Positions 51,401 to 64,000 are shown, numbered from the stretch's first letter. The stretch: DNA of 64,000 bases from Ascidiella aspersa (GCA_963924565.1 OZ004612.1:9362001-9426000), one strand, 5' to 3'. Program-made: numbers and translations. The notes: a model not told the origin generated them from the sequence alone.

Positions 51401-52289
51401 AACATTGCGCGTGTGATGGGTTTAGACACAGTTCCCTTTTTACCAATAACTTAAACTCGTACTAAATGTGCGGACCATGGATTCGGTGAAACACAAGTGT
51501 CTTAGTCTTCGCACTCATTTAACTGTAACAATATCATGGTTTTGTATAAAAAACAATTTAAAATTGATGCAGATGGAAAACTTTCGATTTGGCTGTAATT
51601 AAAGGCTCATTACGCATTTTCGATTAGTATGACATAATTGAGAGAACTTTCGACAAAGTAATGTCGAATCATACTGATTTACTGAGAAACAATAATCCTA
51701 GAACTCTTTTTGGCCATGTCGCCCCATTGCAATTAACAGACCGTTAAGAATCTGTGTTCATTTTCTTCGGTATTGTTGTCAGAAGATAAGTAGACTTCTA
51801 AAGGAACATAGGATTATTGGCAAAACTCGCCTATAGCTAATAGCAGAAAATCAAAGTCGCGCCGAAAATTGGAAAAGCTTTAACCCCAATACCGCACGCG
51901 TATCGAGTGACTAACTGCATGAAAAAACTTCATGAAATACACACACGCCCGAATTAGCTGTGCACAATGTGAGCGTACGCTTACCTATACTAGTTCAGAG
52001 TTTCGGTTACTGAATAACACGCTGGGCAACGTGAAACCAGATCACACTTTAATTAACAAATTCGAATCTTAATTAGCTGCCGGTGGCCTTGGACACAAAA
52101 GCAGGCCAGAGTTTCAATTTGAAGGACCTTAATTGCCAATTAATACCCACATTTTTAATTGGTACTCAAAAACAGCCGAATATACGCATTTAAATTAAGC
52201 GAGTAATCTATAGTTGTTTGGTGTAGCTACTGTTTAATCACGCCTGAGGTTACTTAAACATCATTTATCGCAAGTTCCTTGATCTAGGC

Positions 52290-53328
52290 CAACGGTGTCC
52301 AACCTGCGGCCGTCGATGAGTAATTGTGCGGCCGTTAATACGTATTTTAATAAGCATGTGTTGGCGGCCGTGGCCGTGCTGGCATGCGTTAATGGTTGAT
52401 ATGCTAAATACAGATTATATATATATTTTTTTTTTACTTTAGGGAGTGCAGTTTAATCAGTGAGCTAAGCTCTTTCGCTACATTCTCAGTGAACAGATTT
52501 CTTATGTGCGCTAAAAAAACTTGATTTCATTGATTGATTGATGCACAAAGAAATCAGTGTATGTATGACAGGGGTAGGCAACCTACGGCCCGCGGACAGG
52601 ATCGGCTCGCCAATGTAATTTATCCGGCCAGCGGCCTCTTTGGACAAACTATAGACACGAGTCCATTACAAATACTTTTTGACTATTTTAACTAGGCAAG
52701 AGCGCAAAATTTTTCGCGCTTCACGCGAATGATATATTGTACGTCCGTTTCGTTTACGTTTTGAGGCTGTCTTGAACTAGATCACAACGCTTCTTTACCG
52801 TTGAACAGTGGAAGGCTGACAAATGGGTTGCTGACAAAAGGATACCGTATTCAAAAATATTGGGCATATATTTTTAAGTTTTGGCAATGTAATAAAAACT
52901 TGCACGAAATTTAAAACAAATGCCAGTATAGAAAAAAATGCTGAATTTGGAACTTTGAGACATGTCTAAAATTAGACGGGGTTTTTATTTTATAGGCCAG
53001 CCAGACATTCGTCTACCATTGCTGGTCAATAGATTGGCTAAGAGCATTAGAGCAGGCCCCCTAAAAATATTATTTTTGAAAAATTTCAATGCAATGCCTA
53101 AGCCCATTTTGATTGAATTAAAAGTTTTGCCAAATCTAAACGTACCAAACGCAGTTTTTCGTCGCGCTTCGTTCGTTAGACAACAAAACGTCTTTTTAGG
53201 ATTAATTATGTTATGACGTCACGATTTGACAACTTTTTGAGTCATCCCTATAAAAATTTAACTTGCGGCCGTGAGGAAAATAAGACTGTCAATGCGGCCG
53301 TCAAGTTTTCAAAGGTTGGACACCCCTG
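52290..53328. mobile_element. Non-autonomous hAT element (~1.04 kb) with a nested second TIR fragment
   Basis: TIRs CAACGGTGTCCAACCT / AGGTTGGACACCCCTG; perfect TSD ATCTAGGC; subterminal GCGGCCGT repeats; internal CAGGGGTAGGCAACCTACGGCCCG at 52569. Confidence 0.9.
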
Positions 53329-56198
53329 ATCTAGGCCCAGAATGAAACAAGTGCATTTTAACCAATATGTACGCTGATGCATTTAAACTGTTATTACAAA
53401 TTTTAAGTAGGAACCGTACGCAAAATAAATCAGTGTATGCTCAGCCCAAACCTTTTTACAAGTGGATATTGCAAACACAAATCAGAATAGAATATTTAGG
53501 CAATTACCTTGGTCGGTCCTGGCGTATCACTTGACAAGAATCTTTTCAGAGGCTCTGTGCAGCAGATGCCTAAAACTGCCCTAGCCCACAACGAATTCTG
53601 AAAAAAAAGTTGATACTCATTTGTCATGCTGCGTACGGACAAGGCTCACTTTTTATATATAGATAATCCAGTCAAGTTGTTGCCAAGGCGTTGAATAGAA
53701 TGTTAACTGAGACAATGGTGCATGTTCGCAGTATGCAAAACTCAACAATTGTCTTTTCCGTTCGAATAGCGATAGTATTTAGATCAGAGTGCATATCGAT
53801 GCTTTGTGTTCTCATTTGCATGCAACAGCCCAAATCACAGGCAGCGATATATCGACCATGAGAAAGGCGATCCTACCTCGAATAAAACTTAGAGCTTATT
53901 CGACGAGGCGTGACTTAACTAACCGAAACCTCGGTAACATTATGAAGGCATGAAGCTTGATGATAAGCTATGGAGTAGCACGTTCTACTTTGCACGAGCA
54001 TAAACCAGGGTCGTCCCCTGTTGCATGATAACGCCTTACTACTTTCCGTGAGAAACATGCCGAGTTGTTGTATACCTTTTTCGAGGGTGACTGGCAACTC
54101 TAGTGCAAAACCCTTTTGCACCCGCTTGACTGAAAAACCTTGGCAATCCAAGTTTTCGTGTCGGCCCCATAGCAACTGAACAGTTTTGCTTTAAGGGTCA
54201 GTTCAACCTTAAGTGGGTGACCTGCAAACCTGTTCATCTGAGAACTGAATTAACTCAAACCGCCCTATTAGCTCATACTCGAAACTGCACGCTTTAGAAG
54301 TTCCTCTTTCTGTATATAGCATGGTTGACTCGCTAATGTAAAAAAAATATCTCGCCTGTCCCACATTATAACGAAACACTTTTCCTGTCTTCCAACCTGC
54401 TAAGTAAAAACAAAACTATCCACCCGTGTACTCTAAATCTGTGTTGTATATAGTTTGACAATATTCTGGCAACAGTAAAACTTGATTTACGCAGGCTAAT
54501 TTACACGTGCGAGCTATTAATAATTCGAAAGCGTGTAGCCTTCCGCGGGTAATGGCACTTTGCAAAAGGAACACGTGTGTCTGTCACAAAATCTACATAA
54601 AAATTACTCAGAACACCTGCTGAAGATACAGCCAAGCCCTATAAAGTATCTGACGATTGGGAAACTTCGAGTTACTTTCCCCAAATAAGGGCTAGGCTAT
54701 TCCCTCACAAATATCACCAAGACAATTTCCCCGACGCCCCTCTGAAACCGCAAATCTCGCTCAACCGCACCGAGTGTTACTTGGATAACTGACACACGCA
54801 AAAGCGACAGTTGCTAAGCGAACGCTGCACAGATTAAATGCGCGCGGTTCGGATCGGATGTTGAAATTAATCAAGCTGTCAATTCGCGAAATGTTTTCGG
54901 GCCCACTTTCGCGGCTTCAAAACAAACAGGCCACGGCGCGCCGCCACCCCCCTATCTGTCTCTCGCTCTTTTTCTTGCTTGACTGTTTGTCGAAGGGACA
55001 GGGCTTTGCTGACTGTAATTTGGAATGCCGAGGCCCAAAATAAAATTTCTGTCCGATAATACTTCTTGTTGACTATGTTTTCTGTTTTAGCAATCGTTTT
55101 TTGTTCTTAGAGGGTCGCAATCGGCGATGCAAAAGCACTTTTTTAATGCCTTTAAATCTAACTGTTTTACGTACATTGAGGCAAAATACTGCTTTCTATA
55201 ACTGTAGAGGCGGCTACAATGAAAAATTTTCCTTGCAAAGCACTCCTGTGACTATTGCCATGGCGTATTAAAATGCATGGGTCTCCTCGAGCAAATCGCT
55301 TCACCTTATCTGTTTTCAAGCGCCAAAGTAACGGCGCCCTATTGTAACTTCGTACATTGTTTACGCGCTGGGTAGCGCCTAATTCTAAGCAGGAAGGAAA
55401 GTGCAGGCAAGGCGACAGCAGCGCCTGCTTAGAAGAGAGGCAGACGCAAAGGTAAGCGCTTTGCTAAGTCGCTATCAATCTACGACACTTAGTGCAGGTG
55501 TGCGATGCCCGGTGCATAAATCTTGTACAAATCCGCATTCAGAGTGTGGCTTCAGTTCCACGCAACCAGACCGCGCAGAGACAGAGAGTCTTCTCTGGGG
55601 CACAGGCAATAGAGGAAGGCACAATACAGCGAATGCTTCCAGTCCGCTTTTAAGTCATCCTTTGGGCTGTACGCCTGACAGGGGTAGACGGCGGAACAGA
55701 TGCTTGCTGGCACCGTATGTCGCGACACTGACGAACTGTGTGCTACAAGCTATCTTGTCGACGCCCCGCGCTCGTGTCGCCTTTGTTGCTGCTGATTCTA
55801 CTGATGCTGCATTTTTCGCGGCTGCTGGCGCTTAACTGCAGGATTGCCGTGCAAAAATGCTTCCTTTTCGACACTGAAGATCTTGTGATTTTGCCAAAAA
55901 ATAAATAAAGTAGGTTTTTCGATGTGTTTTTACATGCACGCTTTCTCTCCAATTTTCCAACTAATAAATTGAGAAGAGTCAACCATTCTCTCATGAACAA
56001 AAAACTTTAGAGGTCGTTTTCTTTAGTTTCTTTAGTTTTCTTTTTTTCGTTTCCTTTCGGGGGCGAACTTTTCTAATAAAAAATACCAAATCTGACTATA
56101 AATATTCGAAAAGTACGCGGAATAGAATACAGTATGAAAATCACTGATTTACATCGATGTCGGCTGTTACGGACCAGCATTTTGGCTATCCTAGGCTA

Positions 56199-56256
56199 AT
56201 TAATTTAGTATCGGATCGGCACCGATACCAGCCTAGTATCGGACGAGTACCGATAC
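56199..56256 (+). repeat. Dispersed CCGATAC-rich repeat (copy 2)
   Basis: attaatttagtatcggatcggcaccgataccagcctagtatcggacgagtaccgatac versus the inverted copy at 6027-6084. Confidence 0.7.
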
Positions 56257-56538
56257 AATTTAAATTTTACAGGTTTGAGGCAAAACAAATAAAATATAGA
56301 TAAAATTGCGACATAACCCGAACATGTTGCAGTCCTTTGCAAGGCATAGTAGCGAATTTAAGAAATCTTCTCTTTTAAAAATCTATTCTATAGTAAGTTA
56401 ATTAAAAATATAAATGACATTAAAAACTGCCAGTTAACTCAAAACAGCTTCACAAAACATAAATCTCATTAGGCTCACAGCAATAAATTGATTAAGAAAC
56501 AGACACACGCGCATGACTTTTAAGAATACCGACTAAAG

Positions 56539-57009
56539 CAGTGGTCGGCAAACTTTTTTTATCGCGGCCCAAAGTGCTCTTTTTAGAGCTTTTGAAGGCC
56601 CTCTCACGTAAAACCAGGTCGGAAACAGTGGCGGATTCAGGATATTTGTTTTTAAGGTGATGTATTACACGGCGCCTTGATGGCCAAAATACTGCCACGC
56701 CATAATGCAAACATACTACAAAAGAAATAATATACGCGCGAAGGGCGAAACATTTTGCGTTTACATATATTTAAATGTGGCAAAAAACATAGTTCGACAG
56801 GTAGTCTACTCAGGATCACATTTGGCACGTGGGTCTGAACCACGCTGAGACAATATAAAAATTTTGCAACAACATGTATTTAAAAAAAAAGTGCAATGAA
56901 TGTATACGGCTATCACGCGGCCCACAACTACATGTTAACACTAAACTATTCAAAAGTAACTCGCCAGCTACTAAAAATGGCTTTGCGGCCCACAGTTTGC
57001 CGACCACTG
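56539..57009. mobile_element. hAT (Buster/Charlie-like) MITE, full length
   Basis: Perfect 15-bp TIRs CAGTGGTCGGCAAAC / GTTTGCCGACCACTG; perfect TSD GACTAAAG. Confidence 0.95.
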
Positions 57010-57715
57010 GACTAAAGGATCAGTAATACGTCTACACTCAAAGTTCAATCGTTTTGTTGCGATCGGGCAATACGAAAACCTATTGCGAATGACTAACACG
57101 CGTTTTCAATATTCGGCATGTTTTTCATCGCGCTTAAAATACAAGCCGAGGCCGGCAGCCAGTAAATATTCACTGGTATATGTGGGGTTATTTGAATCGT
57201 GGCAAGTGGCAATAAAAACGTGAAATGTCGCAAAGGCTTCTTGCCTGGCTGGCAAGCTGATTTATTTCGGTTGGTGCCGGGCGCCGCATTGCTTTACCGA
57301 CTGTTATATATACGCGTGTTTAACGGCCTGGTGACTTAACAATGTACAGGCAATTTAGGACTTTGAGACACTGGAAGGTGTTTTGGGGTAAAGCTGCAAA
57401 TTTTTAGGTATTTTGATACGCAAAATGTTCGGTGCTTCGCGAATTTAAGGTTATCCTAATTTAAATTTATCTGCTTTCGTTAATCTTATCACAAAATAAA
57501 ATTACCATATGCCCTGTCGTCAGCTTGGTGTATTTTGGTATATACGCTCAGCTGGGCGTTTTATTTTCAGCACACGAAAACTCCTAACAATAGTATATTT
57601 TTTAAAGCTCCATAACTCCGGGATGATATCTGCATTTTTATGTATAGAACGGAAATTTGCCATAAATCAACTTTGCCTTTTTTCGACACAACACTCGCAA
57701 AACGGGAAAGAAACT

Positions 57716-57721
57716 TTTATT
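57716..57721 (-). terminator. Candidate polyadenylation signal of the Xkr-like gene
   Basis: AATAAA on the minus strand at the end of a ~1.8 kb U-rich tract below the stop codon. Confidence 0.35.
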
Positions 57722-59533
57722 GAATACAAAAGAGAGCACGATGATTATAAAACATAAAACAGAAGGCACGACTGAAAGAAGTCCGACATAATATACATTT
57801 TACACACAGGCAAGACGACGTGCTAATGGGCAGTTGTGCTTATTTTGAAGCGACGCAAATAAAAAGCTGGCGATACCTCAGCAGAAATTTAAAACGCGCC
57901 CTGATCAACTACACTGAACTGCACAGAAACGATAATGATGCACCTTGCCTGTATTCCATGTAATATCGCTGTAAAAGTACATTTAAGGAAAAGAGAGAAT
58001 ATTTCAAACAGCTGCAACAATTAATGCGCAAAACGAGGGTGGCGAATTTGTTTCTCTGAGTTTAAACTTGAGCTGAAAGCATTAAAAATTTACGCTATTA
58101 CCTGTTACATAGTAAAACATATTTTAGAAATAAATGTTTCGTTTCCTACATAGGTTGCGATTTTACGTAAATCGTTTTCACTGTGGTGATAAAAAAGTTT
58201 GAATCTCAAAAATCAGATTGAAAACTAGCTTTCTCTTTACTGCCACCTAGTAAAAGCTAAAAAAAAAATTTACTTTATCATTTCACCAGTCAACAAGTAA
58301 AACAAAGACACATTTGGCCGTTTTTCTGTCGTTCATCACTTAAAAGGGTTCATAGAGTACAAAATTCATAATGAGCTAAAAATAAAAAAAAAATAAAAAA
58401 GGCATGGTTGCATTAAAATCGTGCTATAGGGTTTGCGAGCATAAAAAAATCAATTCGAAACAAAACAGTATTGAAAACAAATATAAAACGCTTGTACCAT
58501 TGGTCACAAAATATACAGGAAAGTGGTATAAGCACAAAACAGTTGAAATGATCTCTCGTAATTAAAGCTTCATTATGGATTGGCTAACTTCGCTACAGGA
58601 TTACTGATATAAAATTATATGAAAGTTTTTTTTACAAAAAGTACAAAAAAGAGCGATAGATGCGTGATATGAAAATATTCAAAACTTGATCATCGATATA
58701 TGAATAAAACCCTAAAATTAGTACCATCATGTTGAAACTAATAATTATCAGCCACCAGTGTAGCTGCATACCTAATAGAGGCATTAAAAATCGATTAAAC
58801 ATGGCAAGAAAACAATGGTGTGTAAAGAAAAAGTGCCAAAGACAAATGAAACATGTGCAGGACATAATGTCAGGTTCGCATTATGTTAAACAAGCATCGG
58901 CTAGTGGGATTGTACATTGGTTGCAGGCTTAACAATCCGGAAATAATGTGAGTAACTCTCCTGAAAGGATACAGCACTATTGACTAAATTTCATTTTTAC
59001 TAAAATAGTTTGCTATGTTAAGATAGGATCGGGTAGAAAGTTAAACACAGTGTTGTAGTTAATTAATTTTAAATTAGGATTCATTTATGAATTTTAAATT
59101 AGGAGTCATTTTATAACAGTTATCACGAATACAATATACCAAAACATGGCAGTACAGGAGCAAAAAAACAGGGCGGTCAAAACATTGACAGCCTCATTAT
59201 CTTGGGCCACAATATTATCTGCTTAATTTCGTTGTACAGACACAACTGGCTGAAACTTCCGTAGTGATATTTTTTAAATATGCGTTTATTTTCGTCAAAC
59301 TCAAGCAAAATAGAAAATAGTTTAGGAATTACTTAATAAAAAATTTCTGTGAATCACAGAAAATATGATGTATTTGCACCACCAAAACTTATGGGAAAAT
59401 CTAATCAAAAACCCCTGAAAAATTTAAGACAAAAAAAACGAAAAAGTGTCTTAAGCAAACATGTCTGTCTGTTTGTCTAACGCTTTAGCGGGCTCATTGA
59501 TAGCACTTAGCTAGTTGAGAAGCACTGCTCAGC

Positions 59534-60655
59534 TTAGATCCACGTCTGTTGCCAGCCGGGAAGCTCGTTGGTGATGTCTTGGGGTTGCTCAGGCCCCGGG
59601 TCCTCCATACCCACGGGCGACCTCCGCTTTTCACCATCCAGCTGAACGGAAGGCCACGACTCCTCGCCGTCGTCTTTTCCCGGAGGAGCCTTGGAGGAAG
59701 TTTTGCTCCTGGAAGATGACCTTTTCCTGTCTTGTTCATGCGTGTAGGGATGAGTTTCGCGCCGTTCCCTTTTCGGTTCGTAGTTCGTGCTGGAGCGGTT
59801 CTTGGATCGGGAGCCGGATTCGGAACGACGCTTTGCCGTCGGAGGAACGCGTGTTTTTGAGGATGACTGCCTTGCGTCTTTCGCTCTGGATGCTGAAGAC
59901 ATTCTATCGGATTCGTGGTCGGATTGCTGCTGCGATCTTCTGCTAGTTGGACGCTCGTAAGGATCTTCGTCCCTCCGAACCTGACCACTTTTCCTGGTCG
60001 CCTCCTTCTTTCTTTTAGAACTCGACTTTCTTTGTTCGTCGACGGATTTGACTTCGGAAAGAGCAGGATAACTATCCTCTTGCATTCGGGGAAGAGGATT
60101 TATAGGCGTCTCAGGAGGATTAGCTCTTCTCTGCGATTCGTGCTTCCGCGGAATCCTCCTCGGCTGCGCTCCGGGAGCCACTTCAATCTCCATGTGTTCG
60201 ATCCTGTTGGAGGACTTGAAAGAGCTGCTGCTCCGCGCTTTCGGGACCGGACGAGCAATCGGCTCTTCCGCAGGAGGAGATGGTGGAAGAAGAGGCGTAT
60301 CCACCTGATCCTCCGTTTCCTGCGGATCGCTAACATCTTCCAGCGTCTTCGGGAGAGTTTCTGCCGGAGAAGACGCATTTTGCGGTTGAGGAGAAGTTTC
60401 GCTTCTTGGTCGCTCCTCCTGCTCTAAACAAAGTTCGGGATCTTCCTCGTGGATGACAGTGGTGGTGCGAGATTTCGCGCTGTCGTTGAGCCTCCGCAGC
60501 GACGGCCGGGGAAGGGTGTGTTCTCCGACATAGCCCTTAATCTTCATTTTCTTCATTTTGGACCTCGGAGCGTAGAAGATCTTGCAGCGGTCGTCGATGA
60601 AGCACTCAACGGCTCGTCCCTGCAACCGATCCTTGCGCACCACTGTGTTGTAGGT
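59534..60655 (-). CDS. Same gene, last coding exon: long disordered S/R/P/E-rich cytoplasmic tail ending QTWI*
   Basis: Acceptor ttttcacag|, phase 0, joins the exon ending at 62505. ORF 59534..60667 has coding-like GC content and ends at TAA. Confidence 0.85.
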   Translation of the reverse strand, partial: TYNTVVRKDRLQGRAVECFIDDRCKIFYAPRSKMKKMKIKGYVGEHTLPRPSLRRLNDSAKSRTTTVIHEEDPELCLEQEERPRSETSPQPQNASSPAETLPKTLEDVSDPQETEDQVDTPLLPPSPPAEEPIARPVPKARSSSSFKSSNRIEHMEIEVAPGAQPRRIPRKHESQRRANPPETPINPLPRMQEDSYPALSEVKSVDEQRKSSSKRKKEATRKSGQVRRDEDPYERPTSRRSQQQSDHESDRMSSASRAKDARQSSSKTRVPPTAKRRSESGSRSKNRSSTNYEPKRERRETHPYTHEQDRKRSSSRSKTSSKAPPGKDDGEESWPSVQLDGEKRRSPVGMEDPGPEQPQDITNELPGWQQTWI

Positions 60656-61751
60656 CTGTGAAAACAAGCCGAATCGGCACGGTAATGTGTAACGTTATAA
60701 AGACATTACTCTAACGTGATATCCCTTGATTTTTGTTCATCGACCAACTTCAACATTTATAGCTTCTCTAACCGCCTACCTTTTTTTTCCGCCAATAATA
60801 TTATTTTCTCGTAAATACTATTGCGAGTCAATGCTATTGCTAGTCAATTAGGTTCAGGTTTGATTTAGTTCAAACTTGATTAATATGTAGGTATGATTGC
60901 CCCTTTGTTTCGGAATGTGTTCGATACTTATTACTATAGAATAGATAGGCCTAAATATCGGTTTAGCAATCATATCAGCCGATGGTCCACTCGTACCGAT
61001 ATATCGGTATCGCTAAATTTGAGCCGATATTTCGCTATGAAATTACTTTATAGCACTTGCTTAAAATCAAAGGAATTTCCTGATTTTTAACTGGCAATTT
61101 TGTCATTTGATTTTATTTTTATCGCGAGTGATTTGCCATACTGCTTGGTTTCTTGGTTCCAAATCGTGCAAAGTTAATATGCAAGATTAGAGTTGTAAAA
61201 TTACACAGGAAGATAAACTAAAGGTAATTTGTATTATAGGTTGAATAATTAAAATATCAAGTATATAAAAAATTGGTTATCTTGTCGGTATAAGGTAACG
61301 GCTGACATGAACATAAAAACACTACTTATTACCAGGTCAAGTTAGGGGACCTGTTCGATTTGCGTGTTTGTGGCGAATTAGTCATGGTACGGCCATCCGG
61401 TATAGCGATTGTTTTTGTAGGAAACATTTTGGCCTGTGCAAACCAAAGTCAAGACAGACGACAAATTACCACTATTTAAAAATACCATCTGAATGTCTAT
61501 TATAATATTATAATTTGATTTTAGGTAATAGACGACTGGTGTCGCATTGGCATTGCCAAACATTTATTCACAACAGTACAAATGGCAGTATTCGGAGTTA
61601 AAGAAATTTTCTGGAATAGCAGAACAGTTTCATCGTTGATTCAAAAACTGTGTTGAAATGTGCAACCCAAATGTATTATATATACCCTTACTTTGCAGGC
61701 CAATCCCCAACCCAAATATACAACTTATTTTCTGCGTTTCTGTATTGAGGC

Positions 61752-62055
61752 TAGGGATGTTCAAAGTAGAATCCCAAGGTATTCTGGAATAATAGGTTTC
61801 GAATCTAGAATAACGAATCCAGAATAGCGAATCCTAGTATATTTTTATTAAATTATCTAACCTCGGTTTTGTTTGGGGAAGGGATTCATCTTAATCTACC
61901 CCACAGGGCCTACAATCACAGCAATAAATCGCCCAAACAATTTGCTAACATGTGTACATTATAATAAAAAAATCTCCCATATGTTTAATTCTTAACAACT
62001 GTCATTTGAAGCAGTTCTGTAAAAGGAATTCGATATTCTACTTTGAACATCCCTA
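61752..62055. mobile_element. hAT (Ac-like ends) MITE in an intron of the Xkr-like gene
   Basis: Perfect 21-bp TIRs TAGGGATGTTCAAAGTAGAAT / ATTCTACTTTGAACATCCCTA; perfect TSD ATTGAGGC; subterminal GAATC repeats. Confidence 0.95.
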
Positions 62056-62344
62056 ATTGAGGCACATACATTGGTCCAGGTTCGGCTCCCGAGTAGTTCC
62101 ACATTTCGATATGTAGTAAAGTAATGTTGAATAATGATATACTCGCAGCTTGGCCGGGTTGAACGGAAGGGCGATTAAACACAGCAGTCATTATTCCTCA
62201 AGTAAAAATTGAAACGACTCGCGCGAGTCACATTCTAAATTAACAGAAGTTCGCCAAAACTCAAACTCGTACAGAAAATCTAAGCTTCTCTTTTTCACGC
62301 AAATAAGAAATTGAGCGTAGCCAATTTAAAAGCCCCCAAAGAGT

Positions 62345-62465
62345 GACAGTACCCAAAAGTCGCAAAAAATGACAGTACCCAAATCAAAATCCCTAAAAGA
62401 GTTGAAGTCGCAAAAAAGGACAGTACCCAAATCAAAATCCCTAAAAGAGTTTAAGTCGCCAAAAA
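62345..62465. repeat. Intronic ~48-bp minisatellite (~2.5 copies)
   Basis: gacagtacccaaatcaaaatccctaaaagagtt(g/t)aagtcgc repeated. Confidence 0.85.
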
Positions 62466-62504
62466 CGAACGTAAACAAGTGAAACAATAAACTGGTACCG
62501 GTAC

Positions 62505-62781
62505 CTGGTGGAAGGACTTGAGTTGTTCTTTGGTGAGAAAGAAGATCTCGCTTGTCTCGGCCTGCTTGCAAACAGTCCAGCCAGGATCGATCGGAAGCCA
62601 GTATCCCTCGTCCTCAATACCAGCCTCGTCTGGTTTGCAGCAGCCGCACAGGATACGCGAGGCGCTGGGGTATGCGTGCGCTGTAAAGGCTCGCATCTTG
62701 TGCACAGCTAGGTAGTAGATCACGCAGAAGATGCAGCCCGCAGCGTTTAGCAGCAGGTCGGTGGCCATCAGGGCGTAGTAC
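62505..62781 (-). CDS. Membrane protein, penultimate coding exon (last TM helix); XK-related-like
   Basis: Acceptor ccatag|, donor CAG|gtaccg. YYALMATDLLLNAAGCIFCVIYYLAVHK is a hydrophobic helix ending YY-x3-H, like the Xkr 'FMxxYYxxxHP' end of the last TM. Followed by LCGCCK. Confidence 0.8.
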
Positions 62782-64000
62782 CTATGGATGGGTGTATTTG
62801 ATTGGTTAAAATATTCCTTATATACGACTTGTGAACGTCGTCGCGCACTTGGAGAGCACAGCACGATGTTGGACAAAGTAGCATTTTTGTTAAAAATAAT
62901 TTAATTAATTAGGAACAAGAATCAAATAACTAGAATTATGTAGTTGCCAAAATATGAACGTGGGGAATCCTTGTGTAAAGTGGTGTTACTATGTCCTCTT
63001 GGCCTCTTCCATTTCACTTTAGCTTCGACGAATCGCGGCAATAAAAATATAGTTCAGATTTTTACTTACCCTGGTTCTACTCATGGGGCTTAATCTAACA
63101 AGTATATGGCAAATTATAGTAAGCAAGAGCTACGAAAAAGGGTATTTCAAACATTTCAAGTGAAATTTTGAAATTACTAATTAGCGCAAGTTCTGTATTT
63201 TGAATTTTGAACATTTTACGGCTAAACTAAGTCTATTCCTTGAATAAACGTTATTATAAATGACAGGTGCCTGGAACATAAAAGGCTCCCTGCAGTTGCA
63301 CCATACATTGACGAATACGACGACCCTCTCTTGAACGTTAGGCATTGGACACATACCATTACCCGAAAGGCAATTCACACAAAACCTCCACATTTACAGC
63401 AAGGTGCGATTTTGGCAGTTATTTCGCATGATTATATTTAACTTACTGGTAGGAGTTAAGGTAGGCGTCGAGATCCTGTAGTGAATAGATTATGCCGGGG
63501 AGTAGAAACAACACCAGGTTTTCCGTCACATAAACCATGTAGTACCTGCGACAAATCAGTTTATTTTGATTAATTGATTTTAAAATAAAACAGATCGCCT
63601 GAAATTTGGAAACACCGTTATTGTTCCGCGTGGCTTTGTAAGTACATTAGAAAAATGTTTTTGCAGAAAATAAGTTGTTACCTAATGATTTCTTTAGAAT
63701 ACATTCGCGAATTTAAACTGCGTTTTTTAAAAACTTATTCTCATTGGGTTTTCGTGAATTTTAATATAATTTAAATTTATGCTTTTAATATTTTACAAGG
63801 CTAATTCCCTTCTCGTTCAAATCATCAGAAAGCTTACAACTCGGTTCTACTCGTTTGACTTACTCGAAATGACCAAATCGGTTTTACTCGTTTATAACTA
63901 CTTATATACCCAGTGGCACTAACTGACTTCTAAATCGTTTTCTTTCCCTGTTACTTTTGTCCTGTTTTTTTTTCGAGATTTATCCTTTTTATCTTCACTT

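Noticed and set aside
55401-55835. 144-aa ORF in a GC-balanced patch
   Set aside because: It starts at GTG and has no recognisable homology or consistent exon partners. It may be a repeat remnant.
59494-60661. Overlapping alternative-frame and antisense ORFs
   Set aside because: They are by-products of the low-complexity coding exon and show no independent motifs.

Overview
This is eukaryotic (metazoan invertebrate) genomic DNA, with GC-rich exons and AT-rich introns bounded by GT-AG. A tunicate or other invertebrate chordate origin is a guess only. Three spliced genes are supported. (1) The 3' three exons of TRMT61A (tRNA m1A58 methyltransferase catalytic subunit), + strand, 1167-5805. (2) A complete NPAS4/dysfusion-like bHLH-PAS transcription factor, - strand, 22917->15580, reconstructed by hand as 10 coding exons and ~917 aa with all splice phases compatible. 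(3) The last two coding exons of a membrane protein resembling the XK-related (Xkr) family, - strand, 62781->59534. Genes 2 and 3 are separated by a ~34 kb stretch with no credible coding exon. It contains CpG-rich patches, at least nine perfect CRE octamers and several hAT-type MITEs with 8-bp target-site duplications (TSDs). It also holds a 22-bp perfect palindrome flanked by an exact 8-bp direct repeat. I found no RNA genes, CRISPR arrays, autonomous transposase or prokaryote-like system. The best leads are a possible CREB/SRF-driven immediate-early regulatory landscape around an invertebrate NPAS4 and the ultra-short palindromic insertion.
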